The notes: generated by a model not told the origin, from the sequence alone. A DNA stretch of 64,000 nucleotides from an uncultured Verrucomicrobiae bacterium (GCA_937976685.1 CALJWR010000011.1:532-64531); one strand, 5' to 3'. Shown: positions 19,405 to 30,067, counted from the first letter of the stretch. A program made the numbers and translations.

Positions 19405-21236
19405 GCTTTCTGGCCCCCATGGCGTTCGCGTTCGCCGCCGCGATCCCGGTGGTGGTCCTGTTTTACCTCCTCAAGCGCAAGCGGGTGGTGAAGCTCGTCT
19501 CGAGCACGCTGCTCTGGCAGAAGTTCCTCGCCGAGTCCCAGGCCAGCGCGCCGTTCCAGAAGCTCCGCCACAACTGGCTGCTGGTCCTCCAACTCCTGCT
19601 CCTCATCCTCGTCATCCTGGCGCTGGCACGGCCCTTCTTCGCGGGCGAAATCAAGGGCGGTCGCCTCCTGGTTGCGATCCTCGATGCCTCGGCCTCAATG
19701 CAAAGCACCGACGAAGCCCCCACGCGCTTCGAGAAAGCCCGCCGCGAGGCGCTCGCGCTGGTGGACAACCTCACCGACACCGACCAGATGGTGGTGCTGC
19801 TGGCCGGCGGCAACACCGAGGTGAAACAGTCGCCCACCAGCAGCAAGGCCGCCTTGCGCCGCGCGTTGCAGACGGCCCTGCCGTCCGACTCCCCCACCCG
19901 GCTCACCGAGGCCCTCAAGCTCGCTCAGCCGCTGGTGCGCGATCGTGTCGGCGGCGAGATTCACCTGTTCAGCGACGGCGCCGTCAGCGGGCTGGAGGAA
20001 TTCGAGTTTGAAGGGCTGAACGTGGTCTTTCACCGCGTCGGGCAGCGCGCGGAAAACGCCGGCATCGTCACGCTCGATGTGCGCTCGAACCCCGAGGACC
20101 CCACGCGCCGGGCCCTTTTCACGAGCGTTTTCAACGCGTCGAGCAACGTGGTCCGGACCGAACTTGAATTGCTGCTCGATGGGCAACTGGTCGAGGCCCG
20201 GCCCGTCGAACTCCCCCCGCGTGAGACCCTGCCGGAGGTGTTCTTTGCGGGCCAGACCAACGACGGCGTGTTCACCGTGCGGCTCGCCAACCCGGACGAT
20301 TTGGCCGCCGACAACGAAGCCTCAATTGTGAGCCTGCTGCCCCAGCCTGCGCGGGTGCTGCTGGTGAGCCGCGGCAACCGCTTCTTGGAACGGGCGCTGG
20401 CCGCTGTGCCGTCGGCCGAGGTGACCGTCGTCACTGACCTCGCGGAAGCCGCCGCTGACTTCGACATCACGGTGCTGGACGACGTGCTGCCCACCGCGTG
20501 GCCATCGAACAACGTGCTGGCCATTCGCAGCGCGCCAACGAACTGGGTCGAGATCACCGGCCGCACCGAAGCCCCGGCCATCGTGGATTGGAGAACCACA
20601 CACCCGCTGCTGCGCTTCGTCACCTTCGACAACGTGCAAATCTCGGAGGCGTTGACCGTGGTGCCGCCGGGCTGGGCCACGCCGATCGTCGAGGCGCCCG
20701 GCGGCCCGTTGATCCTCGCCGGCGAGATCGGCCGCCAGCGCGTCGTCTGGCTCGCGTTCGACACGCTTCAGAGCACCTGGCCCCTGCGGGTGTCGTTCCC
20801 CATCTTCATCGCCAACGTTCTCGACTGGTTGAACCCGGTCACCGCCCGCGCCGCGCAATTCCTCGTCCAGGCCGGCGCGCCGCTGCGCCTGCCCCTGGAC
20901 GGCACCGTCACCAACGCGGTGGTCCGGCTCCCCAACGGCGAGGAACGCCGGTTGACGCTCGACCCGGCCGCGCGCGAGCTGGTCTTCGGCGAGACCAGCC
21001 ACCGGGGCGTGTACCGGATCGAGCTCGGCAACCGCCGCTTTACCTTCTGCGCCAACCTGCTCGACGCTCCGGAAACGGACACCAGGCCGCGGCCGGAAGT
21101 TCGCTTCGGCAAGTACGCGGCGGTCGCGGCCGCCGAAGCCCGTCCGGCGAACGTGGAAATCTGGCGCTGGATCGCCCTGGCCGGGCTGGCGATCCTGATG
21201 TTCGAGTGGTGGTTCTACCACAAGCGCACGGCATGA
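19401..21236 (+). CDS. BatA-N-terminal / VWA domain membrane protein
   Basis: MSFLAPMAFAFAAAIPVVVLFYLLKRKR..., VWA MIDAS-like DASASM, and a C-terminal TM helix. ATGA overlap with the DUF58 stop. Confidence 0.8.
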   Translation: MSFLAPMAFAFAAAIPVVVLFYLLKRKRVVKLVSSTLLWQKFLAESQASAPFQKLRHNWLLVLQLLLLILVILALARPFFAGEIKGGRLLVAILDASASMQSTDEAPTRFEKARREALALVDNLTDTDQMVVLLAGGNTEVKQSPTSSKAALRRALQTALPSDSPTRLTEALKLAQPLVRDRVGGEIHLFSDGAVSGLEEFEFEGLNVVFHRVGQRAENAGIVTLDVRSNPEDPTRRALFTSVFNASSNVVRTELELLLDGQLVEARPVELPPRETLPEVFFAGQTNDGVFTVRLANPDDLAADNEASIVSLLPQPARVLLVSRGNRFLERALAAVPSAEVTVVTDLAEAAADFDITVLDDVLPTAWPSNNVLAIRSAPTNWVEITGRTEAPAIVDWRTTHPLLRFVTFDNVQISEALTVVPPGWATPIVEAPGGPLILAGEIGRQRVVWLAFDTLQSTWPLRVSFPIFIANVLDWLNPVTARAAQFLVQAGAPLRLPLDGTVTNAVVRLPNGEERRLTLDPAARELVFGETSHRGVYRIELGNRRFTFCANLLDAPETDTRPRPEVRFGKYAAVAAAEARPANVEIWRWIALAGLAILMFEWWFYHKRTA

Positions 21237-21246
21237 CTTCCACTGC

Positions 21247-22218
21247 ATGAACCGGGGAGCGAACGATTCGGGTGCTATCCGTCGCGCCAACGGCTGGGTG
21301 TGGCTGGCCGTCGGCGCGGCGCTCGTTGTCCTGGGCTGGCCGCTGCTGAAGCTGCGCTCGACCGCCACCAATCTGGTCGTGTACGCCGCGCAGGACCAGG
21401 TCTATGCCGAGCCCTTGCTCGCCGACTTCACCCGGGAAACCGGGATCCGCGTGCGCGCGGTGTACGACAGCGAGGCGGCGAAGACCGTCGGCCTCGCCAA
21501 CCGGCTCCTGGCGGAGCGCAAACGTCCCGTCTGCGACCTGTTCTGGGGCAACGAGGAGTTGCGCGTCCGTCAGCTCGCGGCGCGCGGCGTCTGGCGCGAG
21601 ACCAACGCGTGGGCTGCCTTTGGCTGGCGGAGCCGGCGCGTGATGATCAACACCCATCACGTGGCGCCAGCCGGGGCTCCGACGACGCTCGCCAGCTTGA
21701 CGAACGCCGCCTGGCGGGGGCGCGTCGCCCTCGCCTATCCCCTCTTTGGCACCACCGCAACGCACTTTCTGGCTTTGCGCCAGCATTGGGGCGAAGCCGC
21801 TTTTGAAGCATGGTGCCGGGCCCTCGTCGCCAACCGCGCGCTCGTGGTGGACGGCAACTCGGTCGTGGCACGGCTCGTCGCCCGGGGTGAGGCGTGGATT
21901 GGCTTGACCGACTCGGATGACATCGCGGCCGTGCGACGGGAGGGGGCGCCTGTGGTGGCGTTGCCGCTCACCGACGAAACGCTGCTGATTCCGAACGTGG
22001 TCGCCATCACCCGGGGCGCGCGGCGAGAACGAAGCGCCAACGTGTTGTTTGAGTGGCTCCAACGGCCGGCTACCGTGCGGCGACTGGTCGAATTGGGAGC
22101 GCTGGAAGGAGCCGACCTCGCCGACGCGCGGGTTGCCGGGTTGCGCCCGGACTGGGACCAACTCGTCGCCGAGATCGAGCCCGGCACCGCCCGTCTGCGG
22201 AACCTTTTCCTCCGGTGA
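21247..22218 (+). CDS. ABC transporter periplasmic substrate-binding protein (FbpA/AfuA iron(III)- or thiamine-type)
   Basis: LVVYAAQDQVYAEPLLADFTRETGIRVRAVYDSEAAKTVGLANRLLAE...DLFWGNEE. N-terminal TM/signal anchor. Confidence 0.7.
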   Translation: MNRGANDSGAIRRANGWVWLAVGAALVVLGWPLLKLRSTATNLVVYAAQDQVYAEPLLADFTRETGIRVRAVYDSEAAKTVGLANRLLAERKRPVCDLFWGNEELRVRQLAARGVWRETNAWAAFGWRSRRVMINTHHVAPAGAPTTLASLTNAAWRGRVALAYPLFGTTATHFLALRQHWGEAAFEAWCRALVANRALVVDGNSVVARLVARGEAWIGLTDSDDIAAVRREGAPVVALPLTDETLLIPNVVAITRGARRERSANVLFEWLQRPATVRRLVELGALEGADLADARVAGLRPDWDQLVAEIEPGTARLRNLFLR

Positions 22219-24626
22219 ACTGGACCTTGCTCCAGAACAGTCTGCTCCTCGGCGCATCGGCGACCGTGACCGCAGCCGTCCTCGGCTGGATCGTGGCCCT
22301 GTTCCTCGCCACGCTGGGACCTTCGGGACGCGCCGGGGGCCTGGCGCTGGCCGCCGTGGCGCTGGTGCTGCCGCCGTTTCTCGTGACCAATTGCTGGCTC
22401 AGCCTGCTCGGTCACAGCGGAACGCTCCGCCGCTGCTTGCCACTGGAGATCTACTCCCTCGCCGGTGCCGCGTGGATTTTGGCCTTGCTGCTCTGGCCGT
22501 TGACCACGTTCCTGGTGCTGGGGGCGTGGCAACGGCTTGATCCGGCCCTGCTCGACAGCGAAACGGCGCTGGCCGGCTGGTCGCTGATCCGTCACGCCCT
22601 CTGGCCCGTGGCCTCCCACTCAGTGGTCCACGCGCTGGTACTGACCTTCGTGCTCGCCGTGAACCACTTCGCCGTGCCGGCCATCCTGCAGGTCAAAGTC
22701 CTGCCGGCGGAGATCTGGCTGCAGTTCAGCACGAACTTCAACCTCGCTGCCGCGCTCTGGGCCGCCGCGCCCCTGCTGCTGGCGGCGCTGGCCTTGCTGC
22801 TCTGGCTGGGCCGTTCCGAGGTCTCGTGGCCGCGCTGGTCCGCGGGTCTGCCGGCCCGCCTGCTGCATGATCGTCTCGGCCCGTGGCGCATGGTGGCCGG
22901 GGGCGTCGCTGTCGCGGTGGTGACGCTGTCGGTGGCCGTGCCGATCGGAGAACTCGCGATGAGCCAGAGAACGTGGCTGGAATTGCCTGCCGCCATCGCA
23001 GCCGGGCGCGGCGCGATCGGCGCCTCGGTCACCGTGGCCGTCGCCGTGGCGATCCTGACCGTCACCCTTGGGGTCGTGGGTTGGCGCTGCCGAGGCGACC
23101 GTCTCCTCTGGCTGCCGTTTTTTGTGCCCGGATCCCTTATCGGCATCGGTATGATCTTTCTCTTCAACCGGGCGCCGCTGGACGCCGTGTACCAGAGCCT
23201 CGCCGTGGTCGTGCTCGCCTTCGGCCTGCGCTACGCGGCGATTGGCTGGCTGGGCGCGGCGCACGCGCGCCGGGCGGTGGATGCGGATCTCGTCAACGCC
23301 GGCCGGCTGTTCGGCGCTGCGGGCTGGCGCTTGTTTCGCCAGGTCCTCTGGCCACAAATGGCTCCCCAATTACTGGCGGCCGGCTACCTCGTTTATCTGC
23401 TCGCCTTGTGGGACGTGGAAACCCTCGTGTTGATCGTGCCGCCCGGCGGCGAAACGCTCGCCCTCCGCATCTTCAACCTGCTCCACTACGGCCACAACGC
23501 CCAGGTCAACGCCCTCTGCCTGACGCTGCTCGCCGTGGCCCTCGCGCCGCTGATCGTCTGGGGAATCGCGGTTCATGCCCGCCGCTGGCTCGATCGGACC
23601 CGCGCTCGCGCCTTGACCGTTGCAGCCCTGACGACGTTGGTCGCCGGCTCTGCTGGCTGCGGGCGGGAGTCGTCCGGCACGGCCTCAATCGAAAGCCGTT
23701 TCTTCACCGGCGTGGAGGTTTGGGGCGAACGAGGCGCCGGACCGGGCCAGTTCAACAAGCCGCGCTCGCTCACGGTGGACCGGGAAGACAACCTCTATGT
23801 GGTGGACATGACGGGCCGCGTGCAGAAGTTCGCGCCCGACGGCACCTATCTCTTCGCGTGGCAGATGCCGGAGACTGACTTGGGCCGCGCCAAGGGGATG
23901 GGCCTCGACGCCGAGGGACGGGTGATCGTCATCGAGCCGCACTATTCGCGGGTGAACCACTTCCATCCGGACGGCCGGTTGGCGCACCAGTGGGGCACGC
24001 ACGAGACCAACGGCGGCGCTCTGGCGTTCCCCCGGGCGGTCGCCGTCAACGCGCGCGGGGAGCTCTGGATCAGCGAATACGGCCGGGCCGAGCGCGTGCA
24101 GCGCTTCTCCCCGGACGGCTCCCGACCGCTCGTCAAACGTGAGGCGGCGGGCCCGGCTCCGGGGCAGTTCAACCGGGTGGAAGGCCTCGGGATTGCCCCG
24201 GGAGACCGGGTCTATCTCGCTGACTCGTGCAATCACCGGATCCAGGTGCTGGACGATGCGGGCGAACTCGTTCGCACCTTCGGACGACCGGGCGGCGGGG
24301 TGGGTGAATTGAGCTATCCCTACGACGTGCGGCTGGACGCCGCCGGCAACGTCTTCGTGTGCGAATTCGGCAACAGCCGCGTGCAGGTCTTCACGCCGGA
24401 AGGGGTCCCGCTGGAAATCATCGGCGGGCCGGGCGCCGCCCCGGGCCGCTTCAGCAACCCCTGGAGTCTCGCCTTTGATTCCCGGGGCAACCTCTACGTG
24501 GCCGACGCCCTGAATCATCGCGTCCAGAAGTTCCTCCGCCGACGCGACCGCCCGCATCAGGCAGGTGCGATGGCACCAATTCCCGCTGCCGAAGGGCGGA
24601 CCGCCCAACCGGGAGGGCGCACATGA
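22215..24626 (+). CDS. Two-domain ABC permease (FbpB/ThiP-like) continuous with a C-terminal NHL-repeat beta-propeller
   Basis: GTG 22215 overlaps the upstream TGA. Multi-TM permease up to about nt 23600, then TTLVAGSAGC (lipobox-like, Cys codon 23658-23660) and NHL repeats (GQFNKPRSLTVD..NLYVVD; NRVQVF; NHRVQKF). No stop separates the two parts. Confidence 0.7.
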   Translation: MNWTLLQNSLLLGASATVTAAVLGWIVALFLATLGPSGRAGGLALAAVALVLPPFLVTNCWLSLLGHSGTLRRCLPLEIYSLAGAAWILALLLWPLTTFLVLGAWQRLDPALLDSETALAGWSLIRHALWPVASHSVVHALVLTFVLAVNHFAVPAILQVKVLPAEIWLQFSTNFNLAAALWAAAPLLLAALALLLWLGRSEVSWPRWSAGLPARLLHDRLGPWRMVAGGVAVAVVTLSVAVPIGELAMSQRTWLELPAAIAAGRGAIGASVTVAVAVAILTVTLGVVGWRCRGDRLLWLPFFVPGSLIGIGMIFLFNRAPLDAVYQSLAVVVLAFGLRYAAIGWLGAAHARRAVDADLVNAGRLFGAAGWRLFRQVLWPQMAPQLLAAGYLVYLLALWDVETLVLIVPPGGETLALRIFNLLHYGHNAQVNALCLTLLAVALAPLIVWGIAVHARRWLDRTRARALTVAALTTLVAGSAGCGRESSGTASIESRFFTGVEVWGERGAGPGQFNKPRSLTVDREDNLYVVDMTGRVQKFAPDGTYLFAWQMPETDLGRAKGMGLDAEGRVIVIEPHYSRVNHFHPDGRLAHQWGTHETNGGALAFPRAVAVNARGELWISEYGRAERVQRFSPDGSRPLVKREAAGPAPGQFNRVEGLGIAPGDRVYLADSCNHRIQVLDDAGELVRTFGRPGGGVGELSYPYDVRLDAAGNVFVCEFGNSRVQVFTPEGVPLEIIGGPGAAPGRFSNPWSLAFDSRGNLYVADALNHRVQKFLRRRDRPHQAGAMAPIPAAEGRTAQPGGRT

Positions 24627-27529
24627 GATTCCAGTTCACCCATCCGGAGTGGCTTTGGCTCGCGCCGCTGGTGCTGGGCTGGCTGGTGTGGCTGACGCTG
24701 AAGTCGGACATTCAAACCAGCCCGTGGCGGCGCTGGACCGCGCTGGCGCTGCGGCTGGTCATTGCGCTGGCACTGCTGCTGGGGGTGGCCGGGCTGCAAT
24801 GGCTCAAGCCGCTCGAAGGCATGAACGTCTATTTCGCCCTCGACCGCTCGGACAGCGTGCCCGCGGCCCAGCAGGAAGCCGCGCGCGAGTACCTGAACCG
24901 CGCCTCGACGCTCAAAAAGTCCGTGGACCGCGGCGGAGTGCTCGTGTTCGGGAATGGCGCCGCCATCGAAATCACCCCGGCTGTCCGGGTGGACGTCCAG
25001 AAGATTCATGCGGTCATCGGCACCGAGCGCAGCGATTTGGCCGCGGCCATCCGGCTGGCGACCGCCGCCTTCCCGGAAACGGGCCAGAAGCGAATTGTCG
25101 TGCTGTCGGACGGCAACGAAAACGTGGGCGACGCGCTGGGCGCGGTGGCCGCCGCCCGCGCGCTCGGGGTGACGGTGGACGTCGTCCCCTTGGGCGTGGC
25201 GCGCGGTGGCGACACCTCGATTCAAAAGCTCGTGGTCCCGTCGTCGCTCAAGAAGGGGCAGACGTTTGCCCTCAAGATCTTCGCCCAGTCCGACCGTGAA
25301 CAGGAGGCCACGATCCGGCTCTTTCAAAACGATCAGTTCCTGGGCGAACAAAAGGTCGAACTCGCTCCCGGCAAGAACCTGTTCACGCTGCCCCAGACGC
25401 TCGGTGAAGCCGGTTTTTACAGCTACGATGTCCAGCTCGAGGCCGACGGCGACCTCATCCCGCAGAACAACCGTGCCAGCACCTTCACCGGCGTGCGGGG
25501 TGAACCGCGCGTGTTGATCGTGTCGTCCAGCCCCGCCGCCGACACGCCCCTCGCTGCGGCGCTGCGTTCCTCGCGTCTCGAAACCGCGCTGACCGATCTT
25601 GGCGGCTTTCCAGCGTCGCTGGCCGAAATGCAGAGCTGGGACGCGATCCTCCTGAGCAACATCGCGGCGGGCGACCTCGGCAACACCATGATGTCCCTGC
25701 TCGAGAGCGCGGTGCGCGACTTCGGGGTCGGGCTCGTGTGCGTGGGCGGCGATCAGACCTACGCCGCGGGCGGCTATCGCAACACACCACTCGAAGCCGT
25801 GCTGCCCGTGGAAATGGAACTGAGCAGCAAGAAGGTGTTACCCAACGGCGCGGTGGCCATGGTCATGCACGGCATGGAGTTCAACAACGGCAACCAGATC
25901 GCCCGCGAATGCGCCCTGGGCGTCCTCGACGCGCTCGGTCCGCAGGACGAAATGGCCGTGGTGCTGTGGGACGGCCGTGACCGCTTCCTGTTCCCGCTGC
26001 AGAAGGTTGGCGACAAGAAGGAGCTCGGCCGCCAGATCGCCGGCATGAATCAGGGCGACCTGCCGAGCTTTCAAAACGTGATGACGATGGCCTACCAGGG
26101 CGATACCACCAGTCGCGGCCTCAAGCAGTCCACCGCCAACCTGAAGCACATGATCATCTTCAGCGACGGCGATCCCGCGCCGCCGTCCGACGCGCTGATG
26201 CAATCCATCGTCAACGACAAGATCACCGTCAGCACCGTGTTGATCTCCGGCCACGCCGGCCCCGACACGATGATCCGGATCGCCGATCAGGGGCGAGGCC
26301 GGTTCTACAACGTGACCGACCCGAGCCAGTTGCCGCAGATCTTCCTCAAGGAGGCCATGGTCATCCTCAAGTCCGCCATCTTCGAGGAACCCTTCCAACC
26401 GCAGCTCGCGGCGAATACGGAGCCTGTACGCGGTATCGCCGGTGGCGAATTCCCGACGCTGCGCGGCTATGTCGCCACCACGCCGAAGGGCCGCGCCGAA
26501 GTGCCCCTGCTCTCCGACAAAGGGGACCCACTGCTCGCGCATTGGCAGTACGGTTTGGGCCGGGCAGTGGCGTTCACCTCGGACGCCCGGGCCAAGTGGG
26601 CCGCCGACTGGCTCACATGGGCGAAGTACCGCCAGTTCTGGTCGCAGGTCGCGCAGTGGGCTTTGCGTCGCGTGGACACCGCGGACTTCAACGCCGAGGT
26701 GTCCGTCGAGAATGGCGAAGGCGTGATCAGTGTCGAGGCGCTCGATGCCGAAGGCAACTACCGCAACTTTCTCAATCTGCAGGCGGCGGTGGTCAGTCCG
26801 AAAGGCGAGCGCGCCACGGTCCGGCTGCAGCAGACCGGGCCCGGCCGTTACGAGGCGCGCTTTCCCACCCGCGAGGTGGGCACCTACATGCTGAATTTGG
26901 TCGAGCTGGACCGCGGCCAGGTACGGGCGGCACAAACCGTGGGTGCCAGCATCAACTACTCGCCCGAATTCAACGCCACCGAGCCAAACCTCAGCCTGCT
27001 CCGACGACTCGCGGAAAACGGAGGCGGACGGGTCCTCGCCCTCGCCTCGCCGAACGACCCGGCGCTGAATCCCTACCTGCTCGGGCGCGAGCGCACCTTC
27101 CAACCCCGGGACTTGTGGGAGACTTTGTTCAAACTCGCCATCCTGCTCTTCATCGCGGATGTCGGCGTGCGCCGCATCTACCTGGACCGCGCCGAGTGGC
27201 TGAAGGCCACCGAAACGCTGCGGCGCTACTTGTTCTTCTGGCGTGGCAAACAGCGTCCCGTCGAGGCGGATGAATCGCTCAACGCGCTGCTGGCCCGGCG
27301 GAATCGGGTCCGCGCACAGCGGGCCTCACCGGCCGCGGAACCGAAGCCCGGCCTCTGCGAGCCAGCCCGGCCGCTCAAAACCGAGTTGCCCACCAGCGGC
27401 AAGCCGGCCGAACCCGCCGCGGAGCCGAAGCCGGACGCAGCCAAGGTCCCGCCGGCGGAGCGCGCGGCCACCACCAGTCGGCTGCTCGAGGCCAAGCGCC
27501 GCGCCGCCCGGAGGCTGGATCAGCAGTGA
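24623..27529 (+). CDS. Large VWA-domain membrane protein (Bat-like, double VWA with a class-I amidotransferase-like middle domain)
   Basis: N-terminal TM helices, VYFALDRSDSV MIDAS, second VWA-like region, C-terminal TM helix and an A/P/K-rich tail. ATGA overlap with the upstream stop. Confidence 0.8.
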   Translation: MRFQFTHPEWLWLAPLVLGWLVWLTLKSDIQTSPWRRWTALALRLVIALALLLGVAGLQWLKPLEGMNVYFALDRSDSVPAAQQEAAREYLNRASTLKKSVDRGGVLVFGNGAAIEITPAVRVDVQKIHAVIGTERSDLAAAIRLATAAFPETGQKRIVVLSDGNENVGDALGAVAAARALGVTVDVVPLGVARGGDTSIQKLVVPSSLKKGQTFALKIFAQSDREQEATIRLFQNDQFLGEQKVELAPGKNLFTLPQTLGEAGFYSYDVQLEADGDLIPQNNRASTFTGVRGEPRVLIVSSSPAADTPLAAALRSSRLETALTDLGGFPASLAEMQSWDAILLSNIAAGDLGNTMMSLLESAVRDFGVGLVCVGGDQTYAAGGYRNTPLEAVLPVEMELSSKKVLPNGAVAMVMHGMEFNNGNQIARECALGVLDALGPQDEMAVVLWDGRDRFLFPLQKVGDKKELGRQIAGMNQGDLPSFQNVMTMAYQGDTTSRGLKQSTANLKHMIIFSDGDPAPPSDALMQSIVNDKITVSTVLISGHAGPDTMIRIADQGRGRFYNVTDPSQLPQIFLKEAMVILKSAIFEEPFQPQLAANTEPVRGIAGGEFPTLRGYVATTPKGRAEVPLLSDKGDPLLAHWQYGLGRAVAFTSDARAKWAADWLTWAKYRQFWSQVAQWALRRVDTADFNAEVSVENGEGVISVEALDAEGNYRNFLNLQAAVVSPKGERATVRLQQTGPGRYEARFPTREVGTYMLNLVELDRGQVRAAQTVGASINYSPEFNATEPNLSLLRRLAENGGGRVLALASPNDPALNPYLLGRERTFQPRDLWETLFKLAILLFIADVGVRRIYLDRAEWLKATETLRRYLFFWRGKQRPVEADESLNALLARRNRVRAQRASPAAEPKPGLCEPARPLKTELPTSGKPAEPAAEPKPDAAKVPPAERAATTSRLLEAKRRAARRLDQQ

Positions 27530-27748
27530 GCCCCAAGGTTGGGCCGCTGAAAGCGCGGCGGGGGGGCGAAGGTGACCGCGCAGCGAGGCGAACGAATCGC
27601 CCCTTGCCGAATTCCCGGGGGCGGGGCGGTCGGCGGTCGCCGCGCACGAACGGCGCGAGGGACCGATTCGCCCCGGGTTGGAACCGAAAGAGTCCGGCAC
27701 ATCGGGAATTCGCGTGCGTGATCATCGCCCGGCCGGCAGACTGCCAAC

Positions 27749-30061
27749 GTGGATGGCTTCTGGTTCATTCAGGATTTGGCGATCGTGCTGGTGTTCGCCG
27801 GCGGTGCAGCCTGGCTCTGTCAGCGGCTGGGACTCTCGGTGGTGGTCGGTTACCTTCTGGCCGGCGCGCTCGTCGGCCCCCATACCCCGCCATTCGCCCT
27901 GGTCACGGACCTGAACCGCATCGAGGTCCTGGCGCAGTTGGGGCTGGCGTTTCTCATCTTCGGCATCGGGCTAAACCTGAATCTTAGCCGGCTCCGCAAC
28001 TTGGGGGTTTCAGTCATCGCGGCCACGGTGATTGGCGCGCTGCTGGTCCTGAGCGCCTGCCGGATCATCGGCGGCACGCTCGGCTGGACCAACACCGCCA
28101 GCCTGTTTCTCGCCGGCATGATGATGGTTTCCAGCTCCGCGATCATCGGCAAAGTGCTGGCGGAACTGAATCTGACCCACGAGCGCCCCGGCCAGCTCGC
28201 CCTTGGCGTGACCGTTCTCGAGGACGTGGTCGCGGTCGCCATGCTGACGTTGTTGACCTCGCTGATCCAGTTCGGCGGTGACGCCTCTCCCTCGGTCTTG
28301 TCGTCGTTGGGCGCGCTACTGGCATTTGTGGTGTTTCTCTCCCTGGTGTCGTTGCTGATGGCTCCGCGCCTCCTCGCGCGCCTGAGCCGGGACAGCCTGC
28401 CCGAGATTCGGACGCTGCTGGTCGCCGGCCTGGTACTGGCGCTGGGCTCGCTGGCAGTGCGCGCCGGATATTCGCTCGCGCTGGGAGTCTTTGTCTTCGG
28501 GGCCATCGTGGGCAGTACTCGATACAAGGCCGAGGTGGAATCGGCTTTCGGCGGCCTGCAGCAGATCTTCGGCGCCGTCTTTTTCGTCGCGGTCGGCATG
28601 CAAGTGGATTTCTCGTTGCTAACCACCGACTGGCCGCTTGTGTTACTGGCCAGCGGACTGGCGTGGGTGCTCCGACCGCTGGCCGCCGCCCTGGGGCTGT
28701 TGGCGGTGGGCAACACCACCCGCGAGTCATTGCAGGCGGGCTTTGCCCTGACGCCCCTTGGCGAATTCTCGTTCATCATCGCCCAACTGGGCGTCGCGGC
28801 CGGCGTTGTCCCGGCGGGGTTCTACGCCGCCGCCGTCGGGGCCTCTCTGTTGACGTCCCTCGGCGCCCCCTTCCTGACGCGACGGGGTGAAGCTTGGGGT
28901 GCAAGCCTCTCGCGGGCAGTGCCGCGGCGGCTGGTTGGGTGGATGGATTTCTACCGCGACTGGCTGACGCGGCTGCGGCACCGCGGCAACGCCAGCCTGT
29001 TGTGGCGGCTGACATCCCGCCGCCTGCTGCACCTGGCGATTCAGTTCCTCTTTGTTGCCGCCCTGCTGTTGTTTGCCGAGCCGTTGTACGGGCGGGTGCG
29101 CGACGTCCTCGGGCGCGACTGGCCGTTGCCCGGCGCCCTGCCGTTCGTGTTCTGGAGTGGTTTCGGCCTGCTGCTGCTCGGGCCCCTGATTGCCCTGTGG
29201 AACAACATTACCGCGCTGGCCATGATCGTCGCCGATAGCGCGACGGCGGGATCATCGCGACAGGAACGCTTGCGCCCGCTGCTGGAAACCGCTTTGCGAA
29301 CGGTGGCGTTGGCCATGCTGGGCCTGTGGCTGGTGGCGCTGGTGCCGTGGGGCGGATCGTTGTTGGGCGTCACTGGCGCCGTGTTGCTGGTCCTGCTGGG
29401 CTCGGCCGTCGTGCTGCGCCGGCGCCTGGTCCGGCTGCACAACCGCCTCGAATACGAACTCCGGCGACAGTTCCAACGCGCCAGCCAGGCGACGGCCAAT
29501 TCGGCCTGGTCCATCGCCCTCCCCGACTCCACCGCCGACTGGCGGCTGGACATTGAAGAGGTGGCTCTCCCGAGCGACTCGGCGCTGGCGGGTCGCACCC
29601 TCGGCGAGATGGCCATCCGCACCCGTTTCGGCTGCTCAGTCGTGGGGATTGACCGCCAAGGCTATGGCATCGCCAATCCGCGGGCGGACACGGTCCTGTT
29701 CCCCCACGACAAACTGCTGCTGCTGGGCACGGCGGAACAACTCGCCCAGGCCGCGCGCCATGTGAGCGCGGCCAGCACCCCGAGCGGGCCGACGGCGGAT
29801 TTCGACGAGCTGACCATGGAGTCCGTGCGCGTGCCGGAGAGCTGCCCGCTGGCAGGCCGACCATTGCGCGAGCTGGACTTGATCCGCCGTGCCGGGGTCC
29901 AGATCGGGGGAATCCGGCGGGGCCGCCGTCGCAACCTGGCGCCCAGCGGCGAGGATCACTTCGAGGTCGGAGATGAACTGCTCCTCCTCGGCACGCACGC
30001 TCAGATCAAACAGCTCTGTTCGCTGCTGCAGCCGGCCTCCGACGCCGGGCGACCGGGCTGA
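27749..30061 (+). CDS. Monovalent cation:proton antiporter (CPA2/Kef-type) with two C-terminal RCK_C/TrkA-C domains
   Basis: GYLLAGALVGPHT...LGLAFLIFGIGLNL antiporter core. Two LAGRTLGEM / LAGRPLREL RCK_C-like segments. GTG start. Confidence 0.85.
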   Translation: MDGFWFIQDLAIVLVFAGGAAWLCQRLGLSVVVGYLLAGALVGPHTPPFALVTDLNRIEVLAQLGLAFLIFGIGLNLNLSRLRNLGVSVIAATVIGALLVLSACRIIGGTLGWTNTASLFLAGMMMVSSSAIIGKVLAELNLTHERPGQLALGVTVLEDVVAVAMLTLLTSLIQFGGDASPSVLSSLGALLAFVVFLSLVSLLMAPRLLARLSRDSLPEIRTLLVAGLVLALGSLAVRAGYSLALGVFVFGAIVGSTRYKAEVESAFGGLQQIFGAVFFVAVGMQVDFSLLTTDWPLVLLASGLAWVLRPLAAALGLLAVGNTTRESLQAGFALTPLGEFSFIIAQLGVAAGVVPAGFYAAAVGASLLTSLGAPFLTRRGEAWGASLSRAVPRRLVGWMDFYRDWLTRLRHRGNASLLWRLTSRRLLHLAIQFLFVAALLLFAEPLYGRVRDVLGRDWPLPGALPFVFWSGFGLLLLGPLIALWNNITALAMIVADSATAGSSRQERLRPLLETALRTVALAMLGLWLVALVPWGGSLLGVTGAVLLVLLGSAVVLRRRLVRLHNRLEYELRRQFQRASQATANSAWSIALPDSTADWRLDIEEVALPSDSALAGRTLGEMAIRTRFGCSVVGIDRQGYGIANPRADTVLFPHDKLLLLGTAEQLAQAARHVSAASTPSGPTADFDELTMESVRVPESCPLAGRPLRELDLIRRAGVQIGGIRRGRRRNLAPSGEDHFEVGDELLLLGTHAQIKQLCSLLQPASDAGRPG

Positions 30062-30067
30062 CCGCCT

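Noticed and set aside
22053-22214. N-terminal extension of the permease ORF (the track start at 22053 overlaps the SBP gene by 166 nt)
   Set aside because: The extension is R/P/G-rich and lies within the SBP coding region. GTG 22215, which overlaps the SBP stop (GTGA), begins directly at the first TM helix.
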